Source: Clostridiales bacterium (GTDB lineage: Bacteria > Bacillota > Clostridia > Saccharofermentanales > DTU023). From it: a stretch of 64,000 nt of DNA. The stretch spans positions 2,309 to 66,308 of the forward strand of contig JAQYCV010000028.1 in assembly GCA_028724525.1 (NCBI GenBank). The letters run 5' to 3'. This document shows, piece by piece, positions 1 through 9,745 of this stretch. The first letter of the stretch is position 1. The number at the start of each line of letters is the position of its first letter. The position numbers and the translations under genes are program-made. The notes below the pieces were generated by a model. That model had not been told where the DNA came from and made no database searches. It saw only the letters and a list, made by a program, of their open reading frames with translations.

Positions 1-368
1 AGGCCAAAGTGGCCAATGACCGCTTGCCCCCCTTCTGCGCCGCCCTTATATTTCTCGACATAGTCCACAAGTCCAGAGTAGGCAATTTGGTTGATATAGC
101 GGTCTAGCTCCTCCGCGGTCATGCCGATACCCGTGTCACTAATGGTCAGGGTGTGGGTCTCTGTGTCGAGTTTAACCTCGATTTGCATGCTCTGGTCTGT
201 CGCCGGAGCCTCACCTAGAAGGATAAGGTGCTTGCGCTTGCTAATCGCATCTACAGCATTTGAAACGAGCTCTCGCAAGAAGATTTCTTCTTCGGCATAG
301 AGCCACTGTTTAATAATTGGAAAGATATTTTCAGATTCTACAGATAATTTACCAGACTTAATTTCCAT
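1..368 (-). CDS. htpG: Hsp90-family chaperone HtpG, N-terminal ~122 codons (gene continues past the left edge)
   Basis: Reverse-strand translation from ATG 368-366 reads MEIKSGKLSVESENIFPIIKQWLYAEEEIFLRELVSNAVDAISKRKHL...TLTISDTGIGMTAEEL. This is the GHKL ATPase N-box (ELxSNAxDA) and DxGxG box of bacterial HtpG. It is absent from the ORF track because it is cut by the window edge. Confidence 0.85.
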   Translation of the reverse strand, partial: MEIKSGKLSVESENIFPIIKQWLYAEEEIFLRELVSNAVDAISKRKHLILLGEAPATDQSMQIEVKLDTETHTLTISDTGIGMTAEELDRYINQIAYSGLVDYVEKYKGGAEGGQAVIGHFG

Positions 369-504
369 CACTTTACCCTCGCTTGAGTTCATGCCATAAT
401 AAGGCAATATAAGTGGTAGACCAGTCATGTCTGGTCTACTTTTCTAAGATAACATAGTTTAGCTAGCTTCTGCACGACTAGCTTTGAATAAGAGGTAAGA
501 GTGA

Positions 505-1668
505 ATGAACCAATATCGCCAAAATGATCCGTTTGCACCCCAAGGTCCCCAAGCAAGCAGGTCACAGGCAGGATCCGGACGTCCTCAAGGTCATGGGCAA
601 AGACCTGTCCGGCCACAAAACCCTGGGCCCCGTGGGCCTCAAATGGGAGGCCACAGGCCTTATCCAGGACCCGGACAAGGCCAAGCTAGACCGGCCATGC
701 CGCCGCGTTCTGGCCCAGGTCAACGCCCCCAGCCTGGCCCTAGACCGCAAGCTGGCCCTAGGCCCCAAGGTCCTGGTGGCTCCCAAAGGCCCCTTAGTGC
801 AAACGATCGTCCTCTGCCTCCTCCTAGAATGCAGGGTCGTCCTGCCCCTCCCCCTTATCCTGGTCCCCAGGTTCGGCGTGGGGCTGGGAAAAATGCTAAT
901 GCAGCGCGAAAAAAAGCAAGCTCTAAACAAAGGCCTCAGAATAGGCAAGGCGGCGTACCCCGCTGGGTCTTGATCTCTCTGGATATTGTGATTGTGGCCT
1001 TGGTGGCTGTTGGTCTCTTTTTCTTCTTAAAGCCCAAGTTTGATGAGCGCAATGCAGAAAAGTTGTCCAAAGAAATCCTCGACAATATGGAGGCCCAAAA
1101 TTCTCCCATTGAGGTAGAGGTTGCGAAAAACTTTGCCCCAGTCCAGGGTGAGCGCAATGAGGGCATGGGTGTGGATTTCATAGACAATAGTCTGGACAAT
1201 ACCAGCTCTGATGTGGTCTCCCTCACCTATGTGGGTAAATTAGTGATTCCCAAAATCCAAGTCACCACCCCTCTATCGGAAGAGCAAGGCAATGACCTTC
1301 TTGTTTCCCTCCGCTTTGGCTCTGGCATCCACTCTGGTGTAGGTACACCTTTAGGTCAGCCGGGCTTGACCACGATTTGGGGGCACCGTTTCCTCACTTC
1401 CGGCCGTGACTTTAACCGGCTCGATGAAATCGTCCCAGGTGACCAGTTTTACATAGACTACCTGCCTACCAACACCCGCTATTATTACAATGTGTATAAG
1501 CAGGATATCATTCCCCACACAGAGTTGACGGAAAGGGTTTATGAGCATTTTGATGACGATACAGTTGTCCTCATTACCTGCCACCCCTTAATCTATAACG
1601 AGCAGACCGAGAGGCTCTTGGTTTATGCCAAGCCAGACCCCGACCGCACAGGTCCGATCCCTAAATAG
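505..1668 (+). CDS. Sortase-family transpeptidase with ~150-aa Pro/Gly/Gln-rich N-terminal extension and one TM helix
   Basis: The C-terminal ~200 aa carry the sortase triad context: His (TIWGHRF), Cys (VVLITCHP, TLxTC-like) and Arg (ERLLVYAKP). The TM segment is VLISLDIVIVALVAVGLFFFL. The RBS GAGGTAAGAG lies just upstream of the ATG. Confidence 0.8.
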   Translation: MNQYRQNDPFAPQGPQASRSQAGSGRPQGHGQRPVRPQNPGPRGPQMGGHRPYPGPGQGQARPAMPPRSGPGQRPQPGPRPQAGPRPQGPGGSQRPLSANDRPLPPPRMQGRPAPPPYPGPQVRRGAGKNANAARKKASSKQRPQNRQGGVPRWVLISLDIVIVALVAVGLFFFLKPKFDERNAEKLSKEILDNMEAQNSPIEVEVAKNFAPVQGERNEGMGVDFIDNSLDNTSSDVVSLTYVGKLVIPKIQVTTPLSEEQGNDLLVSLRFGSGIHSGVGTPLGQPGLTTIWGHRFLTSGRDFNRLDEIVPGDQFYIDYLPTNTRYYYNVYKQDIIPHTELTERVYEHFDDDTVVLITCHPLIYNEQTERLLVYAKPDPDRTGPIPK

Positions 1669-1702
1669 CAAATAGAGGGATACGCAAAAACGCTAGAACA
1701 GG

Positions 1703-1730
1703 AAAGGGGAGCTCAGCTGAGCTCCCCTTT
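1703..1730. terminator. Bidirectional intrinsic terminator between the convergent sortase and ydbC-like genes
   Basis: Perfect palindrome AAAGGGGAGCTCAG/CTGAGCTCCCCTTT, with A-run and T-run flanks usable in both directions. Confidence 0.7.
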
Positions 1731-1761
1731 AATTTGCTTATTTTATAAAAACAGATGGGGC

Positions 1762-1998
1762 TTAGGCAAAGAGTTCATCCAGGTTAATTTCATTTAAGAT
1801 CTCCCGCAGAATGGCCGCTTCCTCATGAGAGAGGGAGACACCCTTGCTCATTTTGGCATGCTCAGGAGCCCAGTCCCGGATGTCCAATTTAGCCTTATTG
1901 TCATTCCAAGAGACCATATTGAGCTCTCTTTGCCAGCCAGATTTACTGGAGCTCAAGACGCCTAATTCTTTAGTAAGTTCATATTTAAATTCTGCCAT
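1762..1998 (-). CDS. ydbC: PC4/YdbC-like single-stranded DNA-binding protein (78 aa)
   Basis: MAEFKYELTKELGVLSSSKSGWQRELNMVSWNDNKAKLDIRDWAPEHAKMSKGVSLSHEE closely follows the bacterial YdbC (PC4-fold) pattern GW.KE.N.VSWN....K.DIR.W.P.H.KMGKGI.L. The RBS AGGAGGAA lies upstream. Confidence 0.8.
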   Translation of the reverse strand: MAEFKYELTKELGVLSSSKSGWQRELNMVSWNDNKAKLDIRDWAPEHAKMSKGVSLSHEEAAILREILNEINLDELFA

Positions 1999-2096
1999 AT
2001 CTTATTCCTCCTTAGGTGATGGGTGCCAAGCTCTAGAGTGAGCCGCATTGCCGATATTGTCAGAGCCGGTTCGTCTTGTCAAGGTCAGGATCCTCG

Positions 2097-4508
2097 TTAA
2101 GACAGCCTTTGTTTGTCCACATGCCAAATTTCGTCTACATAATCTTGGATGGTTCGGTCGGAACTAAAGCGGCCAGAATTGCAGATATTAATCCAGGATT
2201 TTTCCAGCCAGCTGGCTTGGTCCTTGAAGGCCTCGTGGGCATCATAGCGCCGGTTACGATAATCTTTGAAATCTCCTAAGACATAGTAAACATCAGCTCT
2301 TTCGGAGGGGCTACCCTTGAGCAAAGACCGATAGAGCTCTGCAAACATGCCGGAATTGGCATCATCAAAGCTCCCGTCGACGAGACTGTCGACTACTGTC
2401 TTCAAGCCCTCAATATGGGTGTACTGCCATTGAGAATTGTAGTAATCCAAGGTGGCCGGGAAATCTTTCAGCTTGGTGCCAAACATGAAGGCATTGTCTT
2501 CTCCCACGGCATCGGCAATTTCCAGGTTTGCCCCGTCCCAGGTACCTAGAGTTAGGGCACCATTCATCATAAATTTCATGTTGCCTGTGCCCGAAGCTTC
2601 CTTACCTACGGTGGAGATCTGCTCAGAGATATTGGAGGCTGGGAAAATCAGCTCTGCCTTAGAGACGTTATAGTTGGGGATAAAATAGACTCCCATGAGC
2701 TTGTTGACCTCCGGGTCTTGGTTAACCTTTTTGGCCAGTTCATTAATGAACTTGATAATCGCCTTGGCCCGGAAATAAGACGGGGCAGACTTAGCACCAA
2801 AAATGTAGGCCACGGGGGTATCTGATACCTTGTCCCCTGCCTTGATCCGGTTATAGCGGTCTAAGATTTCAAAAGCATTAAGTAGCTGGCGTTTGTATTC
2901 ATGCAAGCGCTTGACCTGGACATCAAAGAGGGCCTCAGGATCCAGCTGCATGTCAAAACTTTTATGGAGATAGGAAGCCAGGCGTTTCTTATTCTCCTGT
3001 TTAATTTTGTGTAGTTGGTCCAAGAGCTGGGGATCGGACTTATATTTCTCCAGCTTTTTAAGCTGGTCTAGGTCCGTGACCCAGGCATTAGATCCGGCCA
3101 GGTCTGTTATAAGATCTGATAGGCTTTGGTTAGAGTTGTAAAGCCAGCGGCGGGGAGTTACCCCGTTGGTCTTGTTGGTGAAGCGCTGGGGCCAGAGCTC
3201 ATAGTAGTCGTGAAGGGTTTCGTCCTTTAAGATTTGGCTGTGGAGCTTGGCCACCCCATTGATTTTAAAGGCGGTATAGACAGCCAAGGGAGCCATGTGG
3301 ATTCGATTATCATGGACCGGGGCCATGGTTTCTATTTGGTAAGCAGGTAAGCCCAAAGCTCTAACCTCATCCCGGAACTGCTGGTCGATCTGCCTAATAA
3401 TTTCAAGGATCCGGGGGAAGAGGAATTGGGCAATAGAAATTTCCCATTTTTCTAAGGCTTCCGCCAGGATCGTATGGTTGGTATAGGCAAAGCATCGCTG
3501 GCAGATCTTCCAGGCCTGGTCCCAGGGCAGGCCATGCTCGTCCATTAAGAGCCGCATGAGTTCAGGGATAGCAAAGACCGGGTGGGTATCATTGAGTTGG
3601 AAGACATGGTAGTCTGCAAATTTGCTAAAGTCCTTGCCGTGATATTGCTGGTATTCCTGAATGACGCTCTGCAGGGAGGCAGAGACAAAGAAATACTGCT
3701 GGCGGACCCGCAGGACCTTGCCGTCATAGGAAGAATCGTTGGGATAGAGAACCCGGTTGATATCCTGGACGCGGTTGCGCTCAATGACCGCATCATCAAA
3801 GCGTTGGGAATTGAAAAGATTATAGTCGAACTCCTGCAGAGGCTCTGGCTTCCACAGGCGCAGGACATTGATATTCTTCGTGGCAAAGCCGGTAATGGGC
3901 AAGTCGTAGGGCACGGCATAGACGTCTAAGTCTTGGTAGGAAACCGTGCAGGCCAGCTCCTCCCGCCGGCTAATAAAAGGATAGGCTTTTTCCATCCAGG
4001 AGTCTGGATATTCTTTTTGGAAGCCATCCTCAAAATCCTGTTTGAAAAGTCCATAGCGATAGAGAATACCATAACCATTCACTGGATAATCTAAAGTAGT
4101 CGAAGAGTCCAGGAAGCAGGCAGCTAAACGCCCCAGGCCTCCGTTGCCCAGGCCAGGATCGGTCTCCTCTTCTTCAATATCGGCCAAATCGTAGCCCAGC
4201 TCAGCGCAGACTTCTTTGGCAGCATCATAGATACCCAGGTTCAAGAGATTATTCGTAAGACTGCGGCCGACTAAAAACTCTGCCGACAGATAGTGGGCTT
4301 GGCGGGTGGAGGCATAGGCCTTGCGGCTCTGCTCCCAGCGGGGAGCAATAATCTCCATGACCGCTTTAGCCAGGGCAATCCAAATTTCCTCTTGCTTGGC
4401 TTCGTTCAACTCTTTGCCATACTCAGCGCGGACATGGGCAATAATGGCTTCTTTTAAGAAAGCAGCTTGGTCAGCCTGAGTTGTTAAATTCCGGGGATCT
4501 CTCGTCAT
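2097..4508 (-). CDS. glgP: Glycogen/maltodextrin phosphorylase (GT35)
   Basis: 803 aa with the PLP-site signature EASGTGNMKFMMNGALTLGTWDGANLEI and the GLGNGGLGRLAACFLDS motif. Confidence 0.95.
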   Translation of the reverse strand: MTRDPRNLTTQADQAAFLKEAIIAHVRAEYGKELNEAKQEEIWIALAKAVMEIIAPRWEQSRKAYASTRQAHYLSAEFLVGRSLTNNLLNLGIYDAAKEVCAELGYDLADIEEEETDPGLGNGGLGRLAACFLDSSTTLDYPVNGYGILYRYGLFKQDFEDGFQKEYPDSWMEKAYPFISRREELACTVSYQDLDVYAVPYDLPITGFATKNINVLRLWKPEPLQEFDYNLFNSQRFDDAVIERNRVQDINRVLYPNDSSYDGKVLRVRQQYFFVSASLQSVIQEYQQYHGKDFSKFADYHVFQLNDTHPVFAIPELMRLLMDEHGLPWDQAWKICQRCFAYTNHTILAEALEKWEISIAQFLFPRILEIIRQIDQQFRDEVRALGLPAYQIETMAPVHDNRIHMAPLAVYTAFKINGVAKLHSQILKDETLHDYYELWPQRFTNKTNGVTPRRWLYNSNQSLSDLITDLAGSNAWVTDLDQLKKLEKYKSDPQLLDQLHKIKQENKKRLASYLHKSFDMQLDPEALFDVQVKRLHEYKRQLLNAFEILDRYNRIKAGDKVSDTPVAYIFGAKSAPSYFRAKAIIKFINELAKKVNQDPEVNKLMGVYFIPNYNVSKAELIFPASNISEQISTVGKEASGTGNMKFMMNGALTLGTWDGANLEIADAVGEDNAFMFGTKLKDFPATLDYYNSQWQYTHIEGLKTVVDSLVDGSFDDANSGMFAELYRSLLKGSPSERADVYYVLGDFKDYRNRRYDAHEAFKDQASWLEKSWINICNSGRFSSDRTIQDYVDEIWHVDKQRLS

Positions 4509-4675
4509 ATTCTGTGCTCCTTTACGTGCGTAGCAGAAGTATTATAGCCAAGCCCAGCTTCTAGGGTCAAACAAGACCCTCAAAACGACAATTGACGGCT
4601 ACTTGGACCTATTGTGAGGCGAAAAGAGACTATTAACCCCAGCTTGTGGGCACACTAGAGTAAAGGAGTTAAAAG

Positions 4676-5161
4676 ATGCTCGCCCAAACCCTTAATTTTC
4701 TCAGCTTTCTTTTGCTGGTCAGTCTGGCTATAGAAGACCTTTATAACCGCCAGGTCAGTCTCTATAAAATCCTCGCTTTGGGTCTCTCTTCCTGGCTCCA
4801 GGCCTGGAGCCAGGCAAGACCTGCCTGGTTTCCGCTCCGCGCCTTAGCCAGCAGTGGGTTATTCTGCGCCTTAGTCCTCTTCCTGCACTTGCTAGAGAAA
4901 ATTCGAGGACGCTTTTATCTGGGTCCGGCCGACCTCTTAGTTCTGGCCGCGCTTGCTCCCCAGGAGGGTGGCGGGGCCTGCCTCCTGATAGCTGCCTTAG
5001 CTTCCTGCTTCTGCCTAATGAGCATGGGACTCTTGGCCCTCCTTCGCATCTTACCTTTTCCTTGGAAATCTCTGCGCAAAAAGCAGGGGCAAGGCCACAT
5101 GGCCTTGCCCCTCTTACCCTTCTATTGTGTAACTTGGCTTATCTTGCCCCTGGTCCACTAG
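4676..5161 (+). CDS. Small polytopic membrane protein, A24 prepilin-peptidase-like (CpaA/TadV size)
   Basis: 161 aa with 4-5 predicted TM helices. IEDLYNRQV and LGPADLLVLAALA resemble the two catalytic-Asp motifs of type IV prepilin peptidases. The RBS AAAGGAG lies 7 nt upstream. Its 3' end overlaps the mltG stop by 4 nt (convergent). Confidence 0.5.
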   Translation: MLAQTLNFLSFLLLVSLAIEDLYNRQVSLYKILALGLSSWLQAWSQARPAWFPLRALASSGLFCALVLFLHLLEKIRGRFYLGPADLLVLAALAPQEGGGACLLIAALASCFCLMSMGLLALLRILPFPWKSLRKKQGQGHMALPLLPFYCVTWLILPLVH

Positions 5162-6357
5162 CTTTGGTCATCAGGCTGATCGCCATCAGCAAAATCAGGA
5201 ACTTCTTTGCCTTCTTCGGCATACCACTGGGCTGAGTAGTGGGCAATATTGGCCTCATGCTCTTGGAGGCTGGTGGCAAAGACGTTGTCCCCTTCACCGG
5301 TCGCGCAGAAATAGAGGTAGCTGTCAGCCCCGGGCCAGGAATCATTATTAGCCGGCCAAAGCACCCCTTCAATGGCCAGGGTGCCTGGATTATTAATGGG
5401 GCCGGGGGGGAGGCCAGCAAAGCTGTAGGTATTGTAGGGATTCGTCCTGTATTTGACCAGGTCGGAATTCAAAGCCCAGGGAATGGGATCTAAACCCTCT
5501 TCCCCGCGGAGGTAGTTGATGGTGGCACAGGATTCCATGGGCATGTCTTGGGCATAACGATTGAGGAAGACCTTGCCTATCTTGGACATCTCTTCAATAT
5601 TGCCCTCTTTTTGGACAATAGAGGCCAAGTTCATCACCTCATCCAAGGTCATACCCATGCTAGCGGCTTTTTCTTCATACTTGCCCGCCTGCAACTTCTG
5701 CTCCGTATTATCCAGGAAGAGACGCAAAATAGAGACTTCATCGAGGTTGGGGTCAAACCAGTAGGTATCAGGCCATAGGTAACCTTGCAAGATCCATTCC
5801 CGAGTGGAGGAAGCAGAAAGTTTGCGGACAAAATCGTAATCCAAGAACTCGTTAGGATTGCGGACCAGGCTATCCATGCGCTGGACATCAATGTTGAGGC
5901 CTGATTCCACCATCTTTTTCCGCATTTCCAGGTAGGTCTCGCCCTCCACAAAGGTTATCTTCAGAGGCTTAGGCTGCCGGGTCAAGGCAAACATGATGGC
6001 ATCATAGGACATATCGGCCAGGAGATAGTGGGTCCCGGCCTGGTAGTTGCCGTTATAGCCGTTAAATTTGGACATGACCTTGAAGATCAGGGGATTGCTT
6101 ACAAATCCCGCCTCCTGCAAGATGCGGGTAATATCGTCAATATCTGAGGAGCGGGGGATAAAAATGGGAATAGCCCCGGGGGTATCTTCTGTTACAAGGT
6201 TGCCATCATTGGCCTCTGCCTCTTCAGACATTCTCCGGTAGTCCGCATCCTGCGAACGCACGTAGTTATAGCCAAATAAAAAGCTCGTGAAGAGGACGGC
6301 CATTAGGCCTGCGATGATCAGGAGGACAATTAAAGTTTTGCTAATTTTACCTGCCAC
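5158..6357 (-). CDS. mltG: Endolytic murein transglycosylase MltG (YceG-like)
   Basis: N-terminal TM anchor followed by a YceG domain with LASIVQKEG (catalytic Glu context) and YNTYSFAGLPPGPINNPG. Confidence 0.9.
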   Translation of the reverse strand: MAGKISKTLIVLLIIAGLMAVLFTSFLFGYNYVRSQDADYRRMSEEAEANDGNLVTEDTPGAIPIFIPRSSDIDDITRILQEAGFVSNPLIFKVMSKFNGYNGNYQAGTHYLLADMSYDAIMFALTRQPKPLKITFVEGETYLEMRKKMVESGLNIDVQRMDSLVRNPNEFLDYDFVRKLSASSTREWILQGYLWPDTYWFDPNLDEVSILRLFLDNTEQKLQAGKYEEKAASMGMTLDEVMNLASIVQKEGNIEEMSKIGKVFLNRYAQDMPMESCATINYLRGEEGLDPIPWALNSDLVKYRTNPYNTYSFAGLPPGPINNPGTLAIEGVLWPANNDSWPGADSYLYFCATGEGDNVFATSLQEHEANIAHYSAQWYAEEGKEVPDFADGDQPDDQS

Positions 6358-6448
6358 AAAAGACTCCTTATCTGAGCACGCGATTTCCAGGTCTTATTAT
6401 ACAAGCCCGAGCGGGACCTGTCCTCATGCTTGAGCGAAAGATCGGGCC

Positions 6449-8287
6449 TTATTTTTTGGAGCTATCTTTTAACCTTTGCTTGGTGTCCAGGATTTTCTTT
6501 CTTAGGCGAATGCTCGTCGGGGTGAGTTCAATCATCTCTTCATCAGAAATAAACTCCATGCTCTGCTCCAAGCTCAAGTCGATCGGCGGAGAAAGTCTGA
6601 GGGCATCATCGGAACCCGCTGCCCGCATGTTGGTTAGCTGCTTCTTCTTGCACACATTAACCTGGACGTCCTCGGTCTGCATGGTGGTCCCAATAATCAT
6701 GCCTTCATAGACGGGGGTGCCGGGGCCGATAAAGAGCTCTCCCCGGTCTTGGGCATTGTGGAGGCCATACTGGGTAGCCTCGCCATTTTCGAAGGCCACA
6801 ATTACCCCATGATTACGGCCAACACTTTCGCCCTTGACGGGAATATAGCCATCCAGGACAGAAGACATAAGACCATTGCCCCGGGTATCATTCATGAATT
6901 GAGACCGGTAACCAATCAACTGACGGGAAGGCACACGGAACTCCAGGCGAACGGAAGACTTGAAGGGTGGGTGCATGGCCAGGATTTCCGCCTTGCGCCG
7001 GCCCAGGCCCTCGATAACAGCACCTGCATATTCTTCGGCTACGGTTACACTCAGCAGTTCTTGGGGCTCCATGAGGACGCCGTCAATTTCTTTATTGATA
7101 ATATAGGGGCGAGACACTTGGAATTCATAGCCTTCCCGCCGCATGTTTTCAATCAAGATCGAGATATGGAGCTCTCCCCTACCCTTGACAATAAAACTGT
7201 CCTCCCGATCTGTATATTCCAGTCTCATGGCAACATTGCGGAGCATTTCTTTCTCCAGGCGGTCACGCAGGTGGCGGGAAGTGACATAGTTGCCTTCACG
7301 GCCCGCAAAGGGGCTGTCGTTGACTTGGAAGACCATGGCAATCGTGGGCTCTTCAATTTCCACAAAATCCAGGGCTTCCAAGTGGTCTGGTTGACAAATG
7401 GTATCCCCGATCTGGACTTCCTCAATTCCGCCCAGGCAGACAATCTCGCCACTGCCTGCGGACTCCACAGGCTGGCGACCTAGGCCTTGGAAGACAAAGA
7501 CCTTGGTAATCTTTTCCGTATGCACTTCACCATCTGCAGATGAGATCAAGCTGACCTGGTCTCCTGCTTTCAGCGTTCCCCGCTGGATTCGCCCAGTAGC
7601 CAATCTACCCAAGTAGTTGTCATAATCAATATTGGAAACCAGCATCTGCAAGGGGGCTTGGTCGTCCCCCCTGGCATCGGGAATGGTGGAGACAATGGTA
7701 TCCAGGATAGGCCTCATATCGGCTTCCTTTAAGCTTGCCTCATCCAGGCTCTCCGGCAGCTCTCTAAAGGAGGCCGCTTTTTTTGCAGAGGCATAGAGAA
7801 TGGGGAATTCAATTTGCTCGTCGCTTGCCCCTAAGTCCATATAGAGCTCCAGGATCATATCAGCCACTTCCTGGGGCCTCGCATCTGGCCGGTCAATCTT
7901 ATTTATGATGACAATCGTCTTGAGGTTCATAGCCAGAGCCTTAGCCAGAACAAAGCGGGTTTGGGGCATGGGGCCATCAAAGGCATCGACCAGAAGCAGG
8001 ACACCATCCACCATCTTAAGGACCCGCTCCACCTCGCCTGAGAAGTCGGCGTGGCCTGGGGTGTCGACTATATTAATCCGGATATTTCCGTAATCAATAG
8101 CCGTGTTTTTGGCGAGGATGGTGATCCCTCTTTCCCTCTCGATGGCATCGGAGTCCATGACCTGGTCAGGCAAAACCTCGTCAGCCCTAAAGAGGCCTGA
8201 GGATTTCAGCAGGCCGTCCACCAGGGTAGTCTTACCATGGTCAACGTGTGCGACAATGGCGATGTTTCGTAATTCTTTATTTTTCAT
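6449..8287 (-). CDS. typA: Translational GTPase TypA/BipA
   Basis: 612 aa with [15 protein letters not shown] and DTPGHADF G-motifs and EF-G-like domains colinear with BipA. Confidence 0.95.
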   Translation of the reverse strand: MKNKELRNIAIVAHVDHGKTTLVDGLLKSSGLFRADEVLPDQVMDSDAIERERGITILAKNTAIDYGNIRINIVDTPGHADFSGEVERVLKMVDGVLLLVDAFDGPMPQTRFVLAKALAMNLKTIVIINKIDRPDARPQEVADMILELYMDLGASDEQIEFPILYASAKKAASFRELPESLDEASLKEADMRPILDTIVSTIPDARGDDQAPLQMLVSNIDYDNYLGRLATGRIQRGTLKAGDQVSLISSADGEVHTEKITKVFVFQGLGRQPVESAGSGEIVCLGGIEEVQIGDTICQPDHLEALDFVEIEEPTIAMVFQVNDSPFAGREGNYVTSRHLRDRLEKEMLRNVAMRLEYTDREDSFIVKGRGELHISILIENMRREGYEFQVSRPYIINKEIDGVLMEPQELLSVTVAEEYAGAVIEGLGRRKAEILAMHPPFKSSVRLEFRVPSRQLIGYRSQFMNDTRGNGLMSSVLDGYIPVKGESVGRNHGVIVAFENGEATQYGLHNAQDRGELFIGPGTPVYEGMIIGTTMQTEDVQVNVCKKKQLTNMRAAGSDDALRLSPPIDLSLEQSMEFISDEEMIELTPTSIRLRKKILDTKQRLKDSSKK

Positions 8288-8292
8288 GTAAT

Positions 8293-9669
8293 TTATTCCT
8301 CTTCTCTTGACCTATCTCTACTTTGCTTGCCATCTACCTTGAGGTAGTCATCCCGCTTGCGTTCCCGCCAACTAATATAAATGGGGGAGCCCCGGAAGCC
8401 GAAGGCTTCTCGCAAGCGGTTTTCCAAGTAACGTTCGTAAGAGAAGTGTACAAGTTTTTTATCGTTGATAAAGAAGATGAAGTGGGGTGGCCGGCTAGAC
8501 ACCTGGCTGCCATAGAAAATCTTTAGGGCCCGGCCCTTATCACTAGGCGGCCGGTGCATGGCTAGGGCCTCGGCCAGAACTTCATTGACCACAGCTGTAG
8601 ACAAGCGTTTGGCGGATTCTGCATAGGCATCCAAAATCATCTGATAAAGGCCATCTACCCTTTGCCCGGTCAGGGCTGAGATAGCGGTCATATCCGCATA
8701 GGGCATGAAAGCAAAGCGGAGCTTGACTTGGTCGGCCCAAGTCTGAAATTTCTGATCCCGATTCTCCAGCAAGTCCCATTTATTAAGGACAAAGATCGAG
8801 GCCTTGCCCGCGTTATGGGCTAAACCCGCGATTTTCGTATCTTGTTCAGAAATTTCATCTGTAGCATCTAGAAGTATAAGACAAACATCCGCCCGCTCGA
8901 CAGCAGCCTGTGTACGTAAGATGCTGTACTTTTCTATAGCTTCTTTTACCTTAGCCTTGCGCCGGAGGCCGGCCGTATCAATAAAGCGAAAAGATCCATA
9001 GCTATTGTCGACATTCACATCTAAAGAATCCCGGGTTGTACCCGGTATGTCCGAAACAATGGCCCGGTCTTCTGCCAAGAGATTATTGAGCAGGGAGGAC
9101 TTGCCAACATTAGGCTTGCCAATAATAGCCACAGAAATGCGCTCCTGTGTCTCTTCCCTAAAGGAGGCTTGAGGAAGTTGGTCCAGGAGGGCAGAGATCA
9201 TATCGCCCAAGCCCAGCCTATGGAGGGCCGAAACGCAGATGGGCTCACCAAAGCCTAGTTCAAAAAACTCATAGGCTTCAGCTGGCATAGTCCCAACCTG
9301 GTCAGCCTTATTCAGGGCCAGGACAAGGGGCTTGTCAGACTTGCGCAGAAAAGAAGCAATCTCCCGGTCTGTATGGGTCAAACCGTCCTTCAAGTCACAG
9401 AGGAACAAGATAGCATCAGCCGCTTCCAGAGCGAAGCCGACTTGTCGGGTCATCTGCTGGTGTATGGGATCGTCAGAACCAGGCTCAAGGCCTCCGGTAT
9501 CAATCAAGACAAAGGGACGGCCGAACCATTCCGGTTCCGCGTAAATTCGGTCCCGGGTAACCCCTGGACTGTCATGCACAATAGAAATACGCTCCCCTGC
9601 CAGGGCATTAAAAATGCTGGACTTACCCACATTGGGGCGACCAACGATAGCAATTACGGGCTTGGACAT
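8293..9669 (-). CDS. der: Ribosome-assembly GTPase Der/EngA (two G-domains plus KH-like domain)
   Basis: Tandem P-loops GRPNVGKSS and GKPNVGKSS, NKAD/NKWD G4 boxes, and a basic C-terminal tail. Confidence 0.95.
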   Translation of the reverse strand: MSKPVIAIVGRPNVGKSSIFNALAGERISIVHDSPGVTRDRIYAEPEWFGRPFVLIDTGGLEPGSDDPIHQQMTRQVGFALEAADAILFLCDLKDGLTHTDREIASFLRKSDKPLVLALNKADQVGTMPAEAYEFFELGFGEPICVSALHRLGLGDMISALLDQLPQASFREETQERISVAIIGKPNVGKSSLLNNLLAEDRAIVSDIPGTTRDSLDVNVDNSYGSFRFIDTAGLRRKAKVKEAIEKYSILRTQAAVERADVCLILLDATDEISEQDTKIAGLAHNAGKASIFVLNKWDLLENRDQKFQTWADQVKLRFAFMPYADMTAISALTGQRVDGLYQMILDAYAESAKRLSTAVVNEVLAEALAMHRPPSDKGRALKIFYGSQVSSRPPHFIFFINDKKLVHFSYERYLENRLREAFGFRGSPIYISWRERKRDDYLKVDGKQSRDRSREEE

Positions 9670-9745
9670 GCTTTACCTCATCACGTAAAAAAGCAGCCGG
9701 ACAAGTCGCCCCGCTGCTCATGCTCACTTAAAAAGACCTGGAGGC

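Noticed and set aside
524-973. Long overlapping ORFs (524-973 +, 562-948 -) within the 5' part of the sortase gene.
   Set aside because: They are by-products of the GC-rich CCN/GGN repeat encoding the Pro/Gly-rich tail. They have no RBS, a low-complexity Arg/Leu/Pro composition, and overlap a frame that continues into a bona fide sortase domain.
6749-7483. A 244-aa ORF antisense to typA. Similar long antisense ORFs occur at 56424-57116 (antisense to rpsA repeats), 15974-16321 and 16323-16748 (ackA/pta), 17734-18255, 39618-40055, 47693-48118, 23053-23523 and 30612-31004.
   Set aside because: Each lies entirely inside a confidently identified gene on the opposite strand, has no recognisable domain or RBS, and shows the typical mirror-frame composition. 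They are treated as non-coding.
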